DNA from: Eledone cirrhosa | Taxonomy: Eukaryota | Length of the DNA stretch: 64,000 nucleotides | Reading direction: 5' to 3' | Assembly: GCA_964016885.1 (NCBI GenBank) | Contig: OZ024742.1 | Coordinates: forward strand, 366,482,001-366,546,000 | Shown: positions 26,001-37,740 of the stretch, in pieces | Layout: each line of letters opens with the position of its first letter | Numbering within the stretch: the first letter of the stretch is position 1 | Translations under genes and position numbers: made by a program | The notes under the pieces: model-generated | Told to the model about the DNA's origin: nothing | What the model saw: the letters and a program-made list of their open reading frames with translations, nothing else | Databases searched by the model: none

Positions 26001-29000
26001 GTGCTGTAGCTAGTGTTCACTCTACAGGAGCTGTAGCTAGTGTTCACTCTACAGGTGCTGTAGATAGTGTTCACTCTACAGGCGCTGTAGCTAGTGTTCA
26101 CTCTACAGGAGCTGTAGCTAGTGTTCACTCTACTGGTGCTGTAGCTAGTGTTCACTCTACAGGTGCTGTAGCTAGTGTTCACTCTACAGGTGCTGTAGCT
26201 AGTGTTCACTCTACAGGTGCTGTAGATAGTGTTCACTCTACAGGTGCTGTAGCTAGTGTTCACTCTACTGGTGCTGTAGCTAGTGTTCACTCTACAGGTG
26301 CTGTAGCTAGTGTTCACTCTACAGGTGCTGTAGCTAGTGTTCACTCTACAGGTGCTGTAGCTAGTGTTCACTCTACTGGTGCTGTAGCTAGTGTTCACTC
26401 TACAGGTGCTGTAGCTAGTGTTCACTCTACAGGTGCTGTAGCTAGTGTTCACTCTACTGGTGCTGTAGCTAGTGTTCACTCTACAGGTGCTGTAGCTAGT
26501 GTTCACTCTACAGGTGCTGTAGCTAGTGTTCACTCTACTGGTGCTGTAGCTAGTGTTCACTCTACAGGCGCTGTAGCTAGTGTTCACTCTACAGGTGCTG
26601 TAGCTAGTGTTCACTCTACAGGTGCTGTAGCTAGTGTTCACTCTACTGGTGCTGTAGCTAGTGTTCACTCTACAGGCGCTGTAGCTAGTGTTCACTCTAC
26701 AGGTGCTGTAGCTAGTGTTCACTCTACAGGTGCTGTAGCTAGTGTTCACTCTACTGGTGCTGTAGCTAGTGTTCACTCTACAGGCGCTGTAGCTAGTGTT
26801 CACTCTACAGGTGCTTTTGCTAGTGTTCACTCTACAGGCGCTGTAGCTAGTGTTCACTCTACAGGTGCTTTTGCTAGTGTTCACTCTACAGGAGCTGTAG
26901 CTAGTGTTCACTCTACAGGTGCTGTAGCTAGTGTTCACTCTACAGGTGCTGTAGCTAGTGTTCACTCTACTGGTGCTGTAGCTAGTGTTCACTCTACAGG
27001 TGCTGTAGCTAGTGTTCACTCTACAGGTGCTGTAGCTAGTGTTCACTCTACAGGTGCTGTAGCTAGTGTTCACTCTACAGTTGCTGTAGCTAGTGTTCAC
27101 TCTACAGGTGCTGTAGCTAGTGTTCACTCTACAGGTGCTGTAGCTAGTGTTCACTCTACAGGTGCTGTAGCTAGTGTTCACTCTACAGGAGCTGTAGCTA
27201 GTGTTCACTCTACTGGTGCTGTAGCTAGTGTTCACTCTACAGGAGCTGTAGCTAGTGTTCACTCTACAGGTGCTTTTGCTAGTGTTCACTCTACAGGAGC
27301 AGTAGCTAGTGTTCACTCTACTGGTGCTGTAGCTAGTGTTCACTCTACAGGTGCTGTAGCTAGTGTTCACTCTACTGGTGCTGTAGCTAGTGTTCACTCT
27401 ACAGGAGCTGTAGCTAGTGTTCACTCTACTGGTGCTGTAGCTAGTGTTCACTGTACAGGAGCTGTAGCTAGTGTTCACTCTACAGGTGCTGTAGCTAGTG
27501 TTCACTCTACAGGAGCTGTAGCTAGTGTTCACTCTACAGGAGCTGTAGCTAGTGTTCACTCTACTGGTGCTGTAGCTAGTGTTCACTCTACAGGAGCTGT
27601 AGCTAGTGTTCACTCTACAGGAGCTGTAGCTAGGGTTCACTCTACAGGTGCTTTTGCTAGTGTTCACTCTACAGGTGCTGTAGCTAGTGTTCACTCTACT
27701 GGTGCTGTAGCTAGTGTTCACTCTACAGGTGCTGTAGCTAGTGTTCACTCTACAGGAGCTGTAGCTAGTGTTCACTCTACAGGTGCTGTAGCTAGTGTTC
27801 ACTCTACAGGAGCTGTAGCTAGTGTTCACTCTACAGGAGATGTAGCTAGTGTTCACTCTACAGGAGCTGTAGCTAGTGTTCACTCTACTGGTGCTGTAGC
27901 TAGTGTTCACTCTACAGGTGCTGTAGCTAGTGTTCACTCTACAGGTGATTTGCTAGTGTTCACTCTACAGTCGCTGTAGCTAGTGTTCACTCTACAGGAG
28001 CTGTAGCTAGTGTTCACTCTACAGGAGCTGTAGCTAGTGTTCACTCTACAGGAGCTGTAGCTAGTGTTCACTCTACAGGTGCTGTAGCTAGTGTTCACTC
28101 TACAGGTGCTTTTGCTAGTGTTCACTCTACAGGAGCTGTAGCTAGTGTTCACTCTACAGGTGCTTTTGCTAGTGTTCACTCTACAGTCGCTGTAGCTAGT
28201 GTTCACTCTACAGGTGCTGTAGCTAGTGTTCACTCTACAGGAGCAGTAGCTAGTGTTCACTCTACTGGTGCTGTAGCTAGTGTTCACTCTACAGGAGCTG
28301 TAGCTAGTGTTCACTCTACAGGAGATGTAGCTAGTGTTCACTCTACAGGAGATGTAGCTAGTGTTCACTCTACAGGAGCTGTAGCTAGTGTTCACTCTAC
28401 AGGTGCTGTAGCTAGTGTTCACTCTACAGGTGCTGTAGCTAGTGTTCACTCTACAGGAGCTGTAGCTAGCGTTCACTCTACAGGTGCTGTAGCTAGTGTT
28501 CACTCTACAGGAGCTGTAGCTAGTGTTCACTCTACAGGAGATGTAGCTAGTGTTCACTCTACAGGCGCTATAGCTAGTGTTCACTCTACAGGAGCTGTAG
28601 CTAGTGTTCACTCTACAGGTGCTGTAGCTAGTGTTCACTCTACAGGCGCTGTAGCTAGTGTTCACTCTACAGGTGCTGTAGCTAGTGTTCACTCTACAGG
28701 TGCTGTAGCTAGTGTTCACTCTACAGGTGCTGTAGCTAGTGTTCACTCTACAGGCGCTGTAGCTAGTGTTCACTCTACAGGTGCTGTAGCTAGTGTTCAC
28801 TCTACAGGTGCTGTAGCTAGTGTTCACTATACAGGTGCTGTAGCTAGTGTTCACTCTACAGGCGCTGTAGCTAGTGTTCACTCTACAGGTGCTGTAGCTA
28901 GTGTTCACTCTACAGGCGCTGTAGCTAGTGTTCACTCTACAGGTGCTGTAGCTAGTGTTCACTATACAGGCGATGTAGCTAGTGTTCACTCTACAGGTGC

Positions 29001-32000
29001 TGTAGCTAGTGTTCACTATACAGGCGATGTAGCTAGTGTTCACTATACAGGCGATGTAGCTAGTGTTCACTCTACAGGTGCTGTAGCTAGTGTTCACTCT
29101 ACAGGCGCTGTAGCTAGTGTTCACTCTACAGGAGCTGTAGCTAATGTTCACTATACAGGCGATGTAGCTAGTGTTCACTCTACAGTTGCTGTAGCTAGTG
29201 TTCACTATACAGGCGCTGTAGCTAGTGTTCACTCTACAGGCGATGTAGCTAGTGTTCACTCTACAGGCGCTGTAGATAGTGTTCACTCTACAGTTGCTGT
29301 AGCTAGTGTTCACTCTACAGTTGCTGTAGCTAGTGTTCACTATACAGGCGCTGTAGCTAGTGTTCACTCTACAGGCGATGTAGCTAGTGTTCACTCTACA
29401 GGCGCTGTAGATAGTGTTCACTCTACAGGTGCTGTAGCTAGTGTTCACTCTACAGGCGCTGTAGCTAGTGTTCACTCTACAGGCGATGTAGCTAGTGTTC
29501 ACTCTACAGGCGCTGTAGATAGTGTTCACTCTACAGTTGCTGTAGCTAGTGTTCACTCTACAGTTGCTGTAGCTAGTGTTCACTATACAGGCGCTGTAGC
29601 TAGTGTTCACTCTACAGGCGATGTAGCTAGTGTTCACTCTACAGGCGCTGTAGATAGTGTTCACTCTACAGTTGCTGTAGCTAGTGTTCACTCTACAGGC
29701 GCTGTAGCTAGTGTTCACTCTACAGGCGATGTAGCTAGTGTTCACTCTACAGGCGCTGTAGCTAGTGTTCACTCTACAGGTGCTGTAGCTAGTGTTCACT
29801 CTACAGGTGCTGTAGCTAGTGTTCACTCTACAGGCGCTGTAGCTAGTGTTCACTCTACAGGTGCTGTAGCTAGTGTTCACTCTACAGGTGCTGTAGCTAG
29901 TGTTCACTCTACAGGTGCTGTAGATAGTGTTCACTCTACAGTTGCTGTAGATAGTGTTCACTCTACAGGAGCTGTAGCTAGTGTTCACTCTACAGGTGCT
30001 GTAGCTAGTGTTCACTCTACAGGAGCTGTAGATAGTGTTCACTCTACAGGTGCTGTAGCTAGTGTTCACTCTACAGGTGCTGTAGCTAGTGTTCACTCTA
30101 CAGGTGCTGTAGCTAGTGTTCACTCTACAGGAGCTGTAGCTAGTGTTCACTCTACAGGTGCTGTAGCTAGTGTTCACTCTACAGGTGCTGTAGCTAGTGT
30201 TCACTCTACAGGTGCTGTAGCTAGTGTTCACTCTACAGGTGCTGTAGCTAGTGTTCACTCTACAGGTGCTGTAGCTAGTGTTCACTCTACAGTTGCTGTA
30301 GATAGTGTTCACTCTACAGGAGCTGTAGCTAGTGTTCACTCTACAGGTGCTGTAGCTAGTGTTCACTCTACAGGAGCTGTAGATAGTGTTCACTCTACAG
30401 GTGCTGTAGCTAGTGTTCACTCTACAGGTGCTGTAGCTAGTGTTCACTCTACAGGTGCTGTAGCTAGTGTTCACTCTACAGGAGCTGTAGCTAGTGTTCA
30501 CTCTACAGGTGCTGTAGCTAGTGTTCACTCTACAGGTGCTGTAGCTAGTGTTCACTCTACAGGTGCTGTAGCTAGTGTTCACTCTACAGGTGCTGTAGCT
30601 AGTGTTCACTCTACAGGAGCTGTAGATAGTGTTCACTCTACAGGTGCTGTAGCTAGTGTTCACTCTACAGGTGCTGTAGCTAGTGTTCACTCTACAGGAG
30701 CTGTAGCTAGTGTTCACTCTACAGGCGATGTAGATAGTGTTCACTCTACAGGTGCTGTAGATAGTGTTCACTCTACAGGTGCTGTAGCTAGTGTTCACTC
30801 TACAGGAGCTGTAGCTAGTGTTCACTCTACAGGCGATGTAGATAGTGTTCACTCTACAGGTGCTGTAGCTAGTGTTCACTCTACAGGTGCTGTAGCTAGT
30901 GTTCACTCTACAGGTGCTGTAGCTAGTGTTCACTCTACAGGTGCTGTAGCTAGTGTTCACTCTACAGGTGCTGTAGCTAGTGTTCACTCTACAGGTGCTG
31001 TAGCTAGTGTTCACTCTACAGGTGCTGTAGCTAGTGTTCACTCTACAGGTGCTGTAGATAGTGTTCACTCTACAGGTGCTGTAGCTAGTGTTCACTCTAC
31101 AGGTGCTGTAGATAGTGTTCACTCTACAGGTGCTGTAGCTAGTGTTCACTCTACAGGAGCTGTAGCTAGTGTTCACTCTACAGGTGCTGTAGATAGTGTT
31201 CACTCTACAGGTGCTGTAGCTAGTGTTCACTCTACAGGTGCTGTAGCTAGTGTTCACTCTACAGGAGCTGTAGCTAGTGTTCACTCTACAGGTGCTGTAG
31301 CTAGTGTTCACTCTACAGGAGCTGTAGCTAGTGTTCACTCTACAGGTGCTGTAGATAGTGTTCACTCTACAGGTGCTGTAGATAGTGTTCACTCTACAGG
31401 TGCTGTAGATAGTGTTCACTCTACAGGTGCTGTAGCTAGTGTTCACTCTACGGGAGATGTAGCTAGTGTTCACTCTACAGGTGCTGTAGCTAGTGTTCAC
31501 TCTACAGGTGCTATAGCTAGTGTTCACTCTACAGGTGCTGTAGATAGTGTTCACTCTACAGGTGCTGTAGATAGTGTTCACTCTACAGGTGCTGTAGATA
31601 GTGTTCACTCTACAGGTGCTGTAGATAGTGTTCACTCTACAGGTGCTGTAGCTAGTGTTCACTCTACAGGTGCTGTAGCTAGTGTTCACTCTACAGGTGC
31701 TGTAGCTAGTGTTCACTCTACAGGTGCTGTAGATAGTGTTCACTCTACAGGTGCTGTAGCTAGTGTTCACTCTACAGGAGCTGTAGCTAGTGTTCACTCT
31801 ACAGGTGCTGTAGCTAGTGTTCACTCTACAGGTGCTGTAGCTAGTGTTCACTCTACAGGTGCTGTAGATAGTGTTCACTCTACAGGTGCTGTAGATAGTG
31901 TTCACTCGACAGGTGCTGTAGATAGTGTTCACTCTACATGTGCTGTAGCTAGTGTTCACTCTACAGGTGCTGTAGCTAGTGTTCACTCTACAGGTGCTGT

Positions 32001-32270
32001 AGATAGTGTTCACTCTACAGGTGCTGTAGATAGTGTTCACTCTACAGGTGCTGTAGCTAGTGTTCACTCTACAGGTGCTGTAGATAGTGTTCACTCTACA
32101 GGTGCTGTAGATAGTGTTCACTCTACAGGTGCTGTAGATAGTGTTCACTCTACAGGTGCTGTAGCTAGTGTTCACTCTACAGGTGCTGTAGCTAGTGTTC
32201 ACTCTACAGGTGCTGTAGATAGTGTTCACTCTACAGGAGCTGTAGATAGTGTTCACTCTACAGGCGCTGT
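20091..32270. repeat. 27-bp minisatellite/satellite, ~450 copies (12.2 kb), hairpin-forming unit
   Basis: Unit CTGTAGCTAGTGTTCACTCTACAGGTG; one 26-bp unit near 27947 shifts the phase; generates the 2703/2683/1461-aa repeat ORFs. Confidence 0.98.
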
Positions 32271-32361
32271 TTGGGGTAATTCGGCGAATTTGATGAGAGA
32301 ATTGAATTAGGAACAACACTTTATCAAATTTTAATTGGAAAGTAATTATGAAATATTAAAA

Positions 32362-34039
32362 GACCATCACCATCACCACCACCACCACCACCACCAACAC
32401 CACCATCACCACCATCACCACCAACACCACCACCACCACCACCATCACCACCATCACCACCAACACCACCACCACCACCACCAACACCACCATCACCACC
32501 ATCACCACCAACACCACCACCACCACCACCACCACCACCATCACCACCAACACCACCACCACCACCACCATCACCACCATCACCAACACCACCACCACCA
32601 CCACCACCAACACCACCATCACCACCATCACCACCAACACCACCAACATCACCACCAACACCACCATCACCACCAACACCACCACCAACACCACCATCAC
32701 CACCAACACCACCACCAGCACCAACACCACCATCACCACCATCACCACCAACACCACCACCACCACCACCATCACCACCATTACCATCAACACCACCACC
32801 ACCACTACCAACACCACCATCACCACCATCACCACCAACACCACCACCACCACCACCACCAACATCACCACCACCACCACCACCACCACCATCACCACCA
32901 ACACCACCAACACCACCACCATCACCACCAACACCACCAACACCACCAGCAACACCACCACCGCCAACACCACCAACACCACCACCAGCACAACCACCAC
33001 CACCACCACCACCACCGCCACCACCACCACCACCACCACCACCACCACCAACACCACCATCACCACCACCACCACCATCACCACCAACACCACCATCACC
33101 ACCAACACCACCATTACCACCAACACCTCCATCCCCACCACCACCACCACCACCACCATCACCACCAACACCACCAACACCACCAACACCACCATCACCA
33201 CCAACACCACCAACACCATCACCACCAAGACCACCACCACCACCACCATCACCATCACCACCACCACCACCACCATCACCACCAACACCACCATCACCAC
33301 CACCACCACCATCACAACCAACACCACCATCACCACCAACACCACCAACACCACCAACACCACCATCACCACCAACACCACCAACACCACCACCACCAAC
33401 ACCACCACCACCACCACCATCACCATCACCACCACCACCACCATCACCACTAACACCACCATCACCACCAACACCACGACGACCACCACCACCACCACCA
33501 CCACCATCACCACCAACACCACCATCACCACTAACACCACCATCACCACCAACACCACCACCATCAACCACCAGCACCACCATCACTACCATCACCACTA
33601 ACACCACTAACACCACCACCATCACCACCAACATCACCATCACCACTAACACCACCATCACCACCAACTCCACCACCATCAACCACCATCACCACCAACA
33701 CCACCATCACCACTAACACGACCATCACCACCAACACCACCATCATCACCACTAACACCACCATCACCAACAACACCACCATCACCACCAACACCACCAT
33801 CATCACCACCAACACCACCAACACCACCATCACCACCACCATCACCACAACTACCACACCACACCACCATCACCACCACTACACCGCCATCACCACCACC
33901 ACTACCACACCACACCACACCAGACCACCTCCACCGTCACCACCACCACCATCACTACACCGCCATCACCACACCACCACCACCACCACCACCACACCAC
34001 ACCACCACCACCACCACACCACACCACCACCACCACCAC
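32362..34039. repeat. (CAC/CAT/CAA) triplet low-complexity array grading into (CACCA)n
   Basis: Direct inspection; source of the poly-His/Gly/Val ORFs. Confidence 0.95.
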
Positions 34040-34298
34040 TGTCGTCAACGGATTAACTTTACACCCAGTCAAGTGATAGTATTAATTGAATTCAATACAC
34101 AGAGAGCAAAAGATCTTCCGTAAGAAATGAGTTTTTTAAAAGATTTTATCTCCTTATAATATATAACCATAATTTCTCTGTCTGTCTGTCCGACAGTGGA
34201 AGCACATGCGCGCGTGCGGGTGTTTTTTGCGGACGCATAGAGAGAGAGACTACAAGAGGGGGATGGCGGGAGGGAGAGAGGGGGGAATTGAGGAGTGC

Positions 34299-34454
34299 TA
34301 CAGAAACATATATACATTTCTGTGTGTGTGTAATATATATATATATACACACACAGAAATATATATATATACACACAGAAATATATATACATTTCTGTGT
34401 GTGTAATATATATATATATATACACACAGAAATACATATACATTTCTGTGTGTG

Positions 34455-34512
<58 letters not shown>

Positions 34513-34560
34513 CACACACAGAAATGTATATATAGATACACACAGAAATATATATACATA
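34299..34560. repeat. Composite palindromic microsatellite (CACACAGAAAT-(AT)n-ACATTTCTGTGTG)
   Basis: Repeated self-complementary module; a second cluster lies at 35107-35410. Confidence 0.8.
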
Positions 34561-34799
34561 CCTTATCTACTGTACTGTATCTGTTGCTATCTCTCTCTCT
34601 CTCCAGCTATCCCTCTCTTTTAGTCTGTCTGTTTCTCTCACTCTCACTCTTTCTCTTTGTAACACATTCACATTCCTCCCCTCTATCGCTGTGACGAATG
34701 GGGAGATGGGGGAGGAGGAGGAGAGAGTCACTTCGTCACTTCACCTCTGCCTTTCTTTCTCTCCCCTCTCCCTTCCTCATTACGTACAGACATTAGGAC

Positions 34800-34990
34800 C
34801 GTGGATTGGCAGAATCTGTAGAGAGTCGGACACCATGCTTCATAGCATGGAGTTACGTCCCTTTACGGTCTGAGTTCAAATACCGCCGAGGTTAACTTTG
34901 CCTTTCATCCTCACGGGGTCGATCAAATAAAGTACCAGTAATGTACTGGTTTATTGCTGGCCTTGTGCCAAAAGTAGAAACAATTATTAG
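34800..34990 (+). mobile_element. SINE (GCCTTTCATCC..GGGGTCGAT core family)
   Basis: GGATTGGCAGAATC head, GAGTTCAAATACC B box, conserved core, 3' GTGCCAAAAGTAGAAACAATTATT. Confidence 0.8.
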
Positions 34991-35106
34991 AAACATTGCT
35001 TCATTTTTACATATCTAAGCATTAGTAAAATAACTAATAATTTCAAAAGTAATTTTTCAATTCCAGTTGTTATGAATAGCAAAACATTAATAATAATTTT
35101 GTTCTA

Positions 35107-35320
35107 AGAAATATATATACATTTCTGTGTGTGTAATATATATATATATACACACACAGAAATATATATACATTTCTGTTTTTGTGTAATATATATATAT
35201 ATACACACAGAAATATATATATATATACACACAGAAATATATATACATTTCTGTGTGTGTAATATATATATATATATCTATATATACACACACAGAAATA
35301 TATATACATTTCTGTGTGTG

Positions 35321-35377
<57 letters not shown>

Positions 35378-35410
35378 TATATATATATATACACACACAG
35401 AAATATATGG
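35107..35410. repeat. Second cluster of the composite palindromic microsatellite
   Basis: Same CAGAAATATATATACATTTCTGTGTGTGTAA module as 34299-34560. Confidence 0.8.
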
Positions 35411-35939
35411 GCATTTCTCTGTTTGTCTGTCTGTCCTTCCCTAAAACTCAAATGTAGGTGCTACAGAAATATTACCTTCCCCTTCCTTTCTCCACTTTGG
35501 TACTACCGAGAGAAACACTGTCGCTATAGAAACATTACCTTCCCCTCTCCACTGACTTTGGTCACTGAGGCCGAGGGAATCGCTGGTTGCTATAGAGACA
35601 CCTTGCACAAGCCAGAAGTAACCAGTTCGAGGCGGTTCTGATTGACACCATGCCAAGTACCATTTGAAGATATATTTCCATCGTTGTATCATAACGTTTA
35701 TGTATCATAACGTTTATATTTCCGTCACTAATCTCTTTTTCTCCTTTTTCGTTTTAACATATATTTATTTCAAAGATTTCACCGTATAGATAACATATAT
35801 ATTTATACATGCATAAAAGTCACACCGAGAGACGGTGAACATGTGGTGCCGAAAACATTTCTCATCCAAATCTCAACAATATCAGTATGTACACTAGATT
35901 TGCTAGCAGAAAACCGCCCACTGGGTGGTTTTCTGCTAG

Positions 35940-36830
35940 TCTATATATATAAAACTGAGGATGTCTGTCTGTGTGTGTGTGAGTTTGAATCCATAAAACT
36001 AGAGAAGCATCCAAACGACTGTTTTCAAACTTTACACATGTAATACTTATGTTTCAGGGAGTATTCTGAGCAGAAGAAATTTCAAATTTTTAATGCCCTA
36101 GGGACCGCATTAGGCTATTTAACGATCTCTCTCTATAATTCTTAGTCTTTCTCTCTTTAGATAGATACATACATATAACGACGCCCCCATATAATATCTG
36201 TCTGTATGCCTGACTGTCTGCATTACATCACTTCCCTGAGGATGTCTGTCTGTGTGTGTGTGTCTGTGAGTTTGAATCCCTAAAACTCGAGAAGTACCCA
36301 CCCGATTTTTTCCAAACTTTACATCTGTATTACTTACGTTTCAGGGAGTGTTATGCACATAAAACATTTCAACTTTTTGTTTCCTAGCGCCCGCATTAGA
36401 TGAAAAACTGCGTTTTTTCACCTTTTTAGGTTTTTTTTTGTGGCGTTACGTCAGACCGATTTCCTTGAAATCGTAATTCTGTATTAGTCAGTCTCTTCTT
36501 CATACCGTGAGCAAAGAAAATCCAACTTGTTTATGGCCTTCATTTGTTCAGCTTTTTAGGGCTTTTTGGAGGCGTTACGTCTAGCCGATTTTCCCGAAAT
36601 TTCAAGGCATATTATGCACATAAAAAAATTTATTTTTCTTTATCCCCTAGGTGAAAACCTGCATTTGTTATGCTTCATCGAGGAAATTCTTAAAGATTAT
36701 CCAGCCATCAGAGTATTCGGTTTATTTTCTTTACATATTGTCCAGGCATGCAGTTTTTCCACGATTAGGTCTGTTGGCGGCCCGCGTTCCAAAATACCTC
36801 ATCCCGTGCAACGCCGAGTACCACTGCTAG
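35940..36830 (+). mobile_element. Non-autonomous Helitron
   Basis: 5' TC(TA)nAAAACTGAGG start; 3' imperfect hairpin CCCGTGCAACGCCGAG followed by CTAG|T. The 5' segment is repeated internally at ~36236. A homologous copy lies on - at 54575-55343. Confidence 0.8.
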
Positions 36831-37225
36831 TATTGAATATATGTAATGAATGGTGTGGGCTAGTGGTTAGAGTCTACAGCTCTTGATTGTAATTGTCGTA
36901 AATTTCCCGGAACCATTTGTTCTTTGTGTTCTTCAGAAAGACATTTTATTCCACGTTGCGACGTCACTAGTGCCAACATGTATCACCTCTTCGTTACCTG
37001 TAATCTGGAGTGATGTGACGGCCAAGTATTTCTAACTTCCATAAAACACCTTGTCAATCTTGCATCTTGGCCATGGACTTTTCAGACACAACCATATGAC
37101 TGAAGATGGTTTTTAATTTTAATAGTGAATCGTTTATAAATGTGGAGACTAAATTTTAGTGGGGAGAAATTTGAACGTGCACCGGTGCAATTTGATCATT
37201 CTCTCAAATTTAATACTAACCGGTG

Positions 37226-37309
37226 CGAAGATATTCGTAGCTGACAGGTTCATGGGAGGAGCCGATGTCTGCGACGATATTCGTAGCTGAGAGGTTCATG
37301 GGAGGAGCC
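37226..37309. repeat. Two-copy ~46-bp tandem duplication
   Basis: GATATTCGTAGCTGA(C/G)AGGTTCATGGGAGGAGCC occurs twice. Confidence 0.85.
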
Positions 37310-37430
37310 CTATTTCAAGATTTCTATTTAAATGTCTTTATGAGATTATTAATGTTAAAAATGTCACAATGTTATATGACATGGTTTATTCTGTTAGCCG
37401 CTCAGAGGAGGTCACACACACACACGCACG

Positions 37431-37461
<31 letters not shown>

Positions 37462-37740
37462 ACACATCCCACACACACATACACCCCCACCCCCAACCCT
37501 ACCCCCCACACACATACGCACCCCAGACACACATACACCCACACGCCTACATATACACATACACACACACACACATACACCCCCCCACACCACACATACC
37601 CACACACATACAAACACACACACCACACGCACTGTTTACAAGTCTCTTACATATAATTATGGTTGAAGATCTTTAGATGAGTATAAACATATACTTGGTT
37701 AAAATTTGAAGTTTTAAGATATATTTTCTTTGCTTTCATT

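Noticed and set aside
20091-32270. CRISPR array (palindromic 27-bp repeats)
   Set aside because: Units are contiguous with only a 3-nt linker, there are no unique spacers or cas genes, and the context is eukaryotic.
32324-33918. His-rich or Gly-rich structural protein genes
   Set aside because: Pure CAC/CAT/CAA low complexity that is open in several frames on both strands; frameshifts at ~33565 and ~33680; no signal peptide or convincing splice context.
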